From the NCBI RefSeq assembly GCF_963921235.1, contig NC_086108.1, positions 63,180,001-63,244,000 of the forward strand: a stretch of 64,000 nt of DNA. The letters run 5' to 3'. Positions 54,341 to 64,000 of this stretch are shown piece by piece. Made by a program: the position numbers and the translations under genes. How positions within the stretch are numbered: position 1 is the stretch's first letter; every line of letters begins with the position of its first letter. This DNA comes from Mobula hypostoma (lineage: Eukaryota). Below the pieces are notes generated by a model. It was given only the letters and a program-made list of their open reading frames with translations. It did not search any database and was not told where the DNA came from.

Positions 54341-56405
54341 AAAACCTGTTGCCATGTGTCCTTTCTTGTGTTGTGTATAGCACTTTGTCCTCTTTAAAGA
54401 ACAAGCTGATGGTGAATGGCTGACACTAGCGAAGAATTCATGTAACTTGTACTGTACTCACCCTATTTCTAGGAGGTTTTCTCTACTGTTTTTTTAAACT
54501 CTGCATTTCTGTTATGTTTGTGCTTAGTGATGGATGAAATCATCAGTACTTCTCATTTCTATTTGTTTTGATTTTTTAAACCAACACAAAAGTGAAATTT
54601 GTGCCTAATAATCTAGACTGGATTCAGCTGTACACCCTTCATATTTTCAATATATGGTAGTGCAGGTGTAGTCTCACCAATGTCCTTTACAATTGCTTAA
54701 AAGCTTCCTATTTAGCCTGACATTTGACCACCATCTGTCTTATTTGTTTGTTTAATTGCCTCTTTCCTTGTGATTTTTAGCACCTTTGTGACCCAGGAAA
54801 GTCTTCTGACACTTTTGCTGCTTTCTCTCTCCGACTGCAGAGTCTTGAGGTCTCATGGAGAGTGCCGGCAATCGGAAATTTTCTGCAGGTGCATCAAGGA
54901 GTTGTTTTTTAATCTGCATTTTTTTTTTTCTTGAGCAGAAACTCTGTGCCTGTTTGGACTATTCTAATGTGTATTTGAACCGGGTTTGTAAGCCAGTTTT
55001 TTAATGCTGGTAATGCGTATTATAATAATCTTTGGGAGACACTGAGAGCTCTAGAATAAGGGCATATGCTGTACTGCAGACAACAACTAAGGTGTATGCT
55101 TGCATTGTATATGACATTATATTATACACTTATGAAGAATTACCTATCAGTTGCCAAAAGAGATTGATAAATTTATACAATCCCATTGTGGGGAGAACAC
55201 CTATGTAAGAGAAAAAAGGACTATTTAATGCCTTGAGAATGTATTGCTATTCATTGAGGCCATGATTAAATTCTGACTTAATTCCATACACTTAGTTCCT
55301 ATTAACTGTTATTTAAATTAAATTAAAATTAATTATATTTGAAATTCATATTCAAATCAGAATCAGTTGGCATTTCACAGTGCAAGGTTTGCATGTAGAT
55401 TTCTTTTTCTACCCATAATCCTGAAAAGAACAGCTCTAATTTTAGGCTCTGTTCTCATGGTCAAAGCTCTTAATTGCCCTCTGTTCCTGAAGGCTAATTT
55501 CAGCTTTCTCACATCTTTCCTGGGAGGGTTTTAAGAAGTTGGACAAAGTGAAATTTGTAGTTGCCATTTGTATTATGTAAAATTGTTATTCCTGGCAAAT
55601 TATCTGAAACTTGTCAGCTCATTAGCAGTACTTTGAAATGAAGGCAGCTTGGCCCACAGCTCAGACACATGGTTGTAGAATTGGAGCTATTGCATTTGTG
55701 AACTTAATTTTCTTTTTGGAAGGAAGAATTAACAAACATATTTGCTGAACTGATTTACTGGAATCTGAGTGTTTGTTATTTGGAAAAACAAAATTAACTT
55801 TTATAGTGTTAGCATCCCTGCAGTGAAAATAGATACCTCTCAGGATGTTCTAAATGTTATTGGGTGGAACAGAGAAGAGAAGTTCTTTAAACAACTGTCA
55901 TTCTGGATTTTACTGTTTTACTACGACAGTTGAGGTGTGTTTCATTCTAATGAAAGTGTTGGCAGGATGCCTTAAGTAATAGCGTGTCCTTTGTTTTGGA
56001 GAGATTAATATGATGATCCAAATTTTTGGCAAGTTTGAAAGGTGAAGGAATGTGGTGGTGGGGGGGGGCGGAGGTTCTTATCCTTTGATGTATATGAATG
56101 CTATTTCTTTAGCAGGCACCATGAATCAAAACACTTCTGTAACTGCCACTTGGAGCTTTATCATTTGAATGAACAGTTGGACACAGAACCCCTTTCTTAG
56201 AGGCAGAATTTGCAGAAACTGTTGCTATTAGCTGATGAAGTTGGGAGTTCTTTGAAGTACCTCTTGCTAGTGGAATGATTCCTTAACGTCACTCCCCAAT
56301 ATCCACCACATTTTGGGCAAATACATTAGGCTATGAGGGTTATGAATGTGATGTACTTAAGTAAATGGTACCCCACTGATCAAGAGCAATCCCTGTTTTG
56401 TTTTA

Positions 56406-59400
56406 TAGTACTGTGCAGAAGTCTTAGGCATATATAACAAAATTCTGTAAAGTGAAGATGCTTTCAGAAATAATGAAATGCAAAGTTCCCACGTATCAAA
56501 AAAAATTCTATAATTTGCAGTCAACAGGTAAAAAGACAAAATCAAGGCAGTATTTGATGTGACCACCATCTATATACTACTAAAACTCTCATGCTGTGTC
56601 TGTCTGTTTGTGACCTTCAATTAGCGCAAATGGTGCATTACAGCGGCACTTTTTTTGGCTAAATCAAATTAAAATGTGCTAATTTACAGAATGCAGGCAA
56701 AGTTCAGGGTTAGATATTCGTATAAAATTGCTCATTTGCCAAAATCGACAGGCTGCCTTTCACCTGCGACCCGATCGGCCATCATAGAAATCGGGACGCG
56801 ACAGCCCGATGCACGCGTATGTTCAGCCTCCGCAGCAACACCTACTGGAGCAAAAGGGCAGGACAGTTCTATTTTGAGGGGTCACATACTGTTAATCACA
56901 TCAGCATGTGCAGAGTTGGGACAGATCTAACTGCCACCCATCAGTAAGAGATAATTAAAACTTATTGTAATTACGTACTTCGAGACCCCTATAAAACCCT
57001 TTGCTGCAGTCAAAAGACAGCGGTGACTATATCACATCCATTTAGGAGAGCGCCAACCACATCATCAAGAATAATCAGCATCCTTTGGTGTTAGTGCTTC
57101 GTATCTTCTATCCAGCATTAGGGTAAAAAAAAATGGTCAGCCTAATTATGCCGCATGGAAAGGGAATGGGGACATTATGGTCAAGAGATGACGCTAAACG
57201 TCGTCGGGAAGCAGCAAAGAGAGGGAGAGAATAAAAATCGGATGAGGCCAGGGCCGCGCGACTCCAGGATCAAAGAGTCAGGACAAAAAAAGATGAGAGA
57301 AGAAGAGACAGAGGAGGAGAGGCATGCACGTCTCCAGGATCAGAGACAAACAAGAAACAACAGAATAGCTGAAGAGATGGGGGATGAAAGGGCTGCACGT
57401 CTCCAGAATGACAAAAACAGGCACAGAAGGAGGAGAGAGGAAGAGACAAAGGAGCTGAGAAATTCACGTCTCCAGGATCGGAGACAAAGAACAAACAGCA
57501 GAAGAGATGGAGAGATGGGGGACAAAAGGACTGATCGCCTCCAGAATGACAACTAGAGGCATGAGGGTGGCAGATAAACCAGAAATGATGCCATCAAAAG
57601 TGTCCTTCATTAATTGAGGAGCTATATTTGCTTTGCTACATGTCATTCTTCTTTAATAAACTGAGGTTTTCTACTTCAGTTTCCAAAGCAAAGTGATACC
57701 AATAACATACAGGAAAATTTAATATTCATTTTGGTCACATCAGACTGCACTACCCTTCTCTCAAAGGGTGCCCCAACGGGTCACCCCGTTATCTAGTTTG
57801 TCTTTAAAACTGCATAAGTTCCCTTGGGTATACTGTCATGTAGTTCTATAAGACAATCGACTGCTAGGTTGTTCCAACCATCTTGGAGAACTTGCCACAG
57901 TTCTTCTGCAAACTATGGTTGTCTCACTTGCTTCTTTCTCTCTAGGTAATCCCAGACAGCCTTAATGATGTTGAGATCAGGACTCTCTGTTCTCCTTTTC
58001 ACTGATGGTAGTTCTTTATGACCTTCGCCATGTGTGTGGGATCATTCTCTTACTGCAGAATGAAGCTGAGACCAATTAGATGCCTTGCTGATGGCATTGT
58101 GTGAAGAATGAGAATCTGCTGGTACCTCTCAGTGTAAGGATTCTATTAATTCTGGCCAGATCACAAACTCCATTTTCAGAAAAACAGCCCCAATCCTGCA
58201 GGGAACCTTCAATGTTCTTGTTCATTGTCTGCAGACATTCATCCATGTAGTGTTCTCCAGCTCTTTCATGGACAGACCAAATCTGTTTTAAGCCAAAAAT
58301 TTAAAAAATTTGACTCATCAGTACAGAGCACTTGTTGCCATTTTTCATCACCCCAGTCCTTGTGTTTTTGTACATAGGTGAGTTTCTTGGCTTTGCTTCC
58401 ATTTAGGAGGATTGGCTTTTTGGCAGCAACTCTTCCATGAAGACCACTTCTGACAAGACCTTACCATACTGTAGAGGGGTGTGCTTGGGTTCCAGTGGTT
58501 CAGAGCTGATAGCAGTGCTGGACTTCTTCTGATTTAGAAGGGACATCAGTTTGCTGTATCCCTCGTCTGCTGCACTTAGTTTCCATGGCTGACCACTGTG
58601 TTTCTGGTTCTTTACCTGGTCCATTTCTTTGTGCTTCTTCAGAAGAGCTTGGAGAGCACATTTTGAAACTCCTGTTGGCCGCAAAATTTCAAGCTTGGGA
58701 GAGACCTTACTGATGCAGGATGACCACCTTGTTTCTTGTTGCTATGCTTACTCTTGCCATAGTGTAAGAATTAATGATTTGAAAATTAAACTGTCACATC
58801 TGACACACTCTCATCTTTTAGTTTGGTTGTCCATCACCCAGTTTAGTTCATTCAACTCGTGTTGTTGATCATTAGCATCTGTTTGTTATCAACGTTTAAT
58901 CATGCTCTGGGCTATATAAAAACAAAGAAAAATCTATAGCACATTACAGGCCCTTCTATCCATAATGTTGTACTGACCATGTAACCTATTCCAGGAGCTG
59001 CCTAGAATTTCCCTGCTACATAGCTCTCTATTTTTCTAAGCTCCATGTACTTATCTTAGAGTCTCTTGAAAGACCCTATTGTATCCATCTCTGCCACTTT
59101 CACTGGCAGTGCATTCCACGCACCTACCACTCTGTGTGGAAAAACTTATATCCCCCTTGTACCTACCTCCAAGCACCATAAAACTCTGCCCCCTTGTGTT
59201 ATCCATTTCAGCCCTGGGAAAATGGCTCTAGCTATCAATGCCTTTAATCGTCTTATGCACATACTTTATATACCTATAAAGTAATCAACTTTTTATTTGA
59301 GGAATGGTGTATTACTTAATTTGTTACTTTCTTTACAAAGTACAAAAATTGCTCTGTAACGTTTAGTTTTTTTGGAACATGAGTGTTTAGATATCTGAAA

Positions 59401-59523
59401 TTAGCTTGTTTCTCCTTCGTACTAATGCAGAAGACAAAATAAACAGTTTAAACTAAGTATTGTTAAAAAATATAAGTACTCTATATTAAAAATCTAGGTA
59501 CTCTAGACTTCTGCACAGTACTG
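56406..59523 (-). mobile_element. Tc1-like transposon with both TIRs, hosting a Helitron and a CR1 3' fragment (~58918-59240)
   Basis: TA|tagtactgtgcagaagtct ... agacttctgcacagtactg|TA. HTH remnant TGVSKCALQALLKKHKE..SGQPWKLS. Confidence 0.9.
56569..57796 (+). mobile_element. Non-autonomous Helitron with remnant 23-aa repeat ORF
   Basis: A|TCtatatactac 5' end, 3' CTAG|T, subterminal hairpin aacggg-tcac-cccgtt (57775-57790), no TSD, inserted between A and T. Confidence 0.85.
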
Positions 59524-60018
59524 TAGATTAAGTGTACCGGGATGAAAGGGTCAAGCAGGAGGGGAATATTTTGGTCAGTTTTTTTGTTGTAATTATAGTA
59601 CAAGAGTATAGGATATTGTTCGGATGGAGATTTCAGCACTGGGACAGATTGAAAAGGTCAGGGTGGTGAGGAGTGAGCCAGTTCAGATTGGCTGCTTGAA
59701 GCGGCAGAGTCTGATTTTCAGAAGGAGAGTTCAGCGCCAGGCCAGATTGAAAAGGTCAGTGTGTTGGGGCCCGAGGCAAGTGATGTGCCGATTAGGATCA
59801 CTACTCCATGATGTCTACTTGGTCTGCATTGAACTACGGGTCTGGGACTCTCTTTGCAGACTTCAGTTCAGCAACGCTATTTGCTTGCAGTTACTGTTTG
59901 CATGATTTTTTTCCATTGCACGTTGGGTGTTCAATGGTCTTTTTATGGGTTATTTTATTTTCTTATGGGCATGATTTTTGTTGCTCTTTGCACATTGGGT
60001 GTTGGACAGTTTTTTTCA

Positions 60019-60019
<1 letters not shown>

Positions 60020-60081
<62 letters not shown>

Positions 60082-60083
60082 GT
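60020..60083. repeat. (GT)n microsatellite
   Basis: Directly visible. Confidence 0.95.
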
Positions 60084-61868
60084 ATATATTCTTGAATTCT
60101 CTGGGTAGCCATGAAACCAAGGAAGAAAAGTAGGTCAGCGTGATCATCATTGCCCAAATCCCTCCTCTCACACAAACAAAAATGAACAAAACAGATCAAG
60201 CACATCGACCCCGAAATCCCTCTTCCCACACAAAAAAAAATGAGATCGGGCAAGAAAAAACAATATAAAAACCATAAGGCTGAAACAAAGAAGTCCAAAA
60301 TCCAAATCTAAAATGCAGGAAAACCCAGGGAAAATTCTCCAAGCCCAGTGGCAGACATTTCCCTCTCTAGTACCAAGCGATCAAAAGACAGGCAGCGGGC
60401 GCTCACCCTTCCACACTCACTCCAATGTTTCAATCTCCCTCGTTGCTTTAATCAGCAAACAATGGGAGCTTTAATTGGCTTGTGCCTCATCCTGCAACCT
60501 GCCCACCATGGGGTTCCCCACGCTGTCTCTGCCTCCCGGAATCCTCTCAAGAGTGCTGGAACACCCAAACGATTTCTAAACTTACACACTCGCTTTGATA
60601 TTTCAAACTCCTTTGTCACTTTACTCGGCAAATAATGGAAGCTAATATCAGAAAATAGAGTCAAACATTGGCATGCACACCAGCCTTCTTCACACTTCCT
60701 CTGCCTTCCAGAATCCTCTCAGAGAAAGCAGAGCACTGAAGCACCCAAATGATCTCCAAACAATAAAACACAGGCTCCAGCAGTTCCATAATCACATTCA
60801 AGATGAGAAACAAATGTAAAAGTTACAAAAGAAATGAAAAAAAAAATGGTTTCATATCTATCCAGAAGATGTTGACAGAAGGAGAGTTGTATTTAGGTGC
60901 CATCTTGACTGCCTTGACAAAGCATTTACTTATTGTGGTAATAAATGTACTTTGGACAATGGATCTGTAAAGTTCAGCGGTTAAGAATAATGTTAAAAGT
61001 CTATGACTCTGCGTTGGGAGCAAAATGGTTTTCTTGATGGAGCTTAGTTCACAAACTAAGGCTTTGTAGAAATTTTCAAATACACAGTTAGGAACATGCT
61101 TTTTACCTTGGAACTCTGGCATTTGACTGATGCAATTCAAGTTGTTCTTCAGAGGATATTGTAGTTATGATTATTGCTCTGAGAATTGGACAAATGGGAC
61201 GTAATCATGGTATTCTTTCTATGAAGTCTGCTAAATACGCAGAGAGAAGTGTAACTGTATATTTGGGCAGATGTTTTGCAGATTGATTGTGTACTTGTTT
61301 ACACAGGATGTGTTAGAGCAATTTCCCAGATGTGTTTCTACACTGATGGCTATCTAATGCTATCAGCAGACAAATGAGTTCTTCACTATCAGTTTGTCCT
61401 ATGGTTAGAGAAATTATAGCAATAGTAAAAATATAAAGTAAATTGGGGTTGTCTTCATAAATCATCGTACCTTTTCCCCGGAATTCTTATTTTATTCTGA
61501 GAGTGTTGTACCTATACTGTTCAATTGGCAACAGAATCTCGTTTTGTTATTCCTCGGTTTATTATTTATGAACAATTCCTTAGAAACATTTTTCTATTCA
61601 TAATAAACTGAACATTGCCACTACTAGAATAAAATAATTGTTAATGGTGTATCCATCTGTTCAGAAATCCCAGTGGCCTAACCCAGTCCACCTTTCCTTT
61701 AACTTCCCCAGTGCCTTGTTTCCAATACTTGTCATTCATTAGGACTTGTTGCCATGCTCTCCATAAACGAACTAGCAATCTCATCTCCATGCTTTTAAAC
61801 TCACCAGGACAAAGTTCTCCTAGATCATTTAGGCTCAACAAGGCTGTTCCCACTTTCCTGTTATTCTC

Positions 61869-63111
61869 TTTCTTTCTTTTTAAATCTTTTTATTGAGTAA
61901 GTATACAAAAAAGGTAAGCCATATAAACATTAATACAATGTTAAAGTATAATAAAATTCCAAAAGATAACAATACCAAAAAGAAAATACTACAAACAATG
62001 TAATTTAAGCATAAGAAACCAAGATAACATAATAGTATACTAGATTTTATATATATCAATGGAAAAAAAAGAAAAAAAAACCCCCCAAAAAAAACCCACC
62101 GTGCAACTAACTAAAAGCAAAGCAAAGCAATGGGCTAACTTGAAACCAAACAGAGTTAAACTTAAAATCACGTCCTCAATCCCGACCTCCATTAAAACAG
62201 TGAAAAAAAAACAAGAAGGGTAAATATTACATTAAATGAAAATATCGAATAAAAGGTCCCCAAATCTGTTCAAATTTAAATGAAGAATCATAAAGGTTAC
62301 TTCTAATTTTCTCCAGATTCAAACATAAAATCGTCTGAGAAAACCAAAAAAAGGTAGTTGGAGCATTAAGCTCTTTCCAATGTTGTAAAATACATCTTTT
62401 CGCCATTAAAGTAAGAAATGCAATCATTCTACGGGCTGAAGGGGAAAGATTACTAGAAATTTTAGGTAGTCCAAAGATAGCAGTAATAGGGTGAGGAGAG
62501 ATATCTATATTTAATACCTTAGAAATAATATTGAAAATATCTCTCCAAAAAGTTTCCAAAGTAGGGCAAGACCAAAACATATGAGTTAAAGAGGCTATCT
62601 GCCCCGAACATCTATCACAGAAAGGATTAATATGCGAGTAAAAACGCGCTAACTTATCTTTGGACATATGTGCTCTATGAACCACTTTAAATTGAATTAG
62701 GGAATGTTTAGCACAAATAGAGGAAGTATTAACTAATTGTAAAATCTGCCCCCAATCATCCACAGAAATGGTAAGCCCCAATTCCTGTTCCCAATCTACC
62801 CTAATCTTATCAAATGGAGCTTTCCTAAGTTTCATAATAATATTATAAATCATAGCCGATGCACCTTTCTGACATGGATTAAGGTTAATTATCGAATCTA
62901 AAATATATATAGGAGGAAGCATTGGAAAGGAAGAAAGTATAGTGCTTAGGAAATTTCTAACTTGTAAATATCTAAAAAAATGTATTCTTGATAAGTTATA
63001 TTTATTAGATAATTGTTCAAAAGACATAAGGGAACCATCTAAAAATAAATCCAAAAACCGTAAAATACCCTTAGTCTTCCAAGTTTGAAAAGCGCGATCC
63101 GTAAAAGAGGG
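61869..63111 (-). mobile_element. 5'-truncated L1-clade insertion (ORF2 C-terminus), different family, 10-bp TSD
   Basis: TSD tgttattctc at 61859-61868 and 63112-63121. Uninterrupted frame with FFRYLQVR, QFKVVHR and CDRC..HMFWSC. AATAAA and tail near 61870-61895. Confidence 0.92.
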
Positions 63112-63516
63112 TGTTATTCTCAACATAGCCTCTTTCCACGCTGTCTTTAAACTCATGTGATTCACTGAAAAATCTATTATACTACTGTATTGTACAACAA
63201 CTTTAAAAAAAATGTTTGGGTATTGATCGCAGTAATGTATAACAGTCTGGAAAACCTGCCAGTCCAACGCCACCAAAGTTCCAAGGGTTGTGGATTATCA
63301 GTGTTTTACTTTACTGAAAAAAAAGAACAGTTTTCCTCAGCTCCAGATGCATTTGCATTATAAAAACCCTAGTGCAGAATTTGCAGCTCTGCTTTGCTCA
63401 TCTTCTAATTAAGAAGCTTTGAATTTAATTTAGTTTTAAGTTAATCAGACAATATATTTTCACATGTAAACTATCTGAATCCTTTTCCTTCATGTTAATC
63501 AACTTTTAAGTTTCAG

Positions 63517-63591
63517 ATTCAGGACCAGAATTAATGATCACGAATCCATATCCATCTTGTAATCTACTTAATGCTACAGCAATGGATGAAG
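63517..63591 (+). CDS. Probable further exon of the KIAA1958-like gene (25 codons)
   Basis: Acceptor ttttaagtttcag, donor AAG|gtacag, phase 1 at both ends, open frame DSGPELMITNPYPSCNLLNATAMDE, in non-repeat sequence. Confidence 0.55.
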
Positions 63592-63711
63592 GTACAGTTT
63601 ACTTCAATTGAAATTCCTGTATTAACCAAGTTAGAAAATTCCAAATGTACATTTTAAACACAAAATATTTTGCAAATGCTAGAAACTATGTTTCTACGTT
63701 TCTAAACCTTG

Positions 63712-63806
63712 ACAACACACATAAAATGCTGGAGGAACTTAACAAGTCAGGCAGCATCTATGGAGAGACGTAAACAAAGTTTTGGGTGGAGACCCTTCAT
63801 CAGGAT
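63712..63806 (-). mobile_element. Diverged Penelope-like terminal fragment
   Basis: aaaatgctggaggaac...ggcagcatctatgg...gagacccttcatcagg. The minus strand keeps CUGAUGA but GAAA is lost. Confidence 0.7.
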
Positions 63807-64000
63807 ATTTTTTGTTATAACCCTGAAAAGAAACTAAAATTGCAAACTGTGAAATTGTTACTTCAAATAAAATGTTCTTTAACATATTTCTTTAAATAAG
63901 TTGTTTGCAGAATTTAGTAATGTGTAAATACATTTTTTAATTTTAACTTTGTCCCAGTAATTTTTCCATTGCTGTTTTGTTTTACTCATGCTAATTTGTT

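Noticed and set aside
59808..60298. ORFs with VCVC / HTHT runs
   Set aside because: Translations of the (GT)n microsatellite.
62227..63276. 349-aa ORF as an independent gene
   Set aside because: It is the L1 ORF2 C-terminus reading through the 5' truncation point (TSD at 63112-63121) into unrelated flank.
30006..63516. A DUF3504 / tyrosine-recombinase exon for the KIAA1958-like gene
   Set aside because: No unexplained long + strand ORF or recognisable motif. If present, it lies beyond the window.

Overview
Eukaryotic, repeat-dense vertebrate DNA. The repeat landscape (CR1, Rex1/Babar, fish-type L1, Penelope-like elements, HE1-like V-SINEs) suggests a cartilaginous fish, probably a ray; this is an inference. 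One host gene runs on the + strand. It has a CpG-island promoter at ~5.0-5.55 kb and coding exons at 12199-12248 (ATG 12221), 12810-13886, 25749-25958, 29952-30005 and probably 63517-63591. All introns are phase 1 and the joined frame is open for 481 codons, with no stop reached inside the window. The N-terminus (W-x-H-x-H-G-x2-C ... W-x-C-x-A-G-H-x-Y-H-W) matches KIAA1958, a family of domesticated Crypton genes; the expected DUF3504 exon is not in the window. Most of the remaining sequence is nested transposable elements: one near-full-length L1 with an intact ORF1, a decayed L1 inside a Tc1 inside a CR1, a non-autonomous Helitron with 23-aa STPR-like repeats inside a Tc1, and a Tigger-like element. 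There are also hAT-type MITEs built from parts of other transposons, and Penelope-derived foldback mini-elements whose inversion points fall in a minimal hammerhead ribozyme. Family assignments are from remembered motifs, not database searches, and boundaries without a TSD or TIR are approximate.
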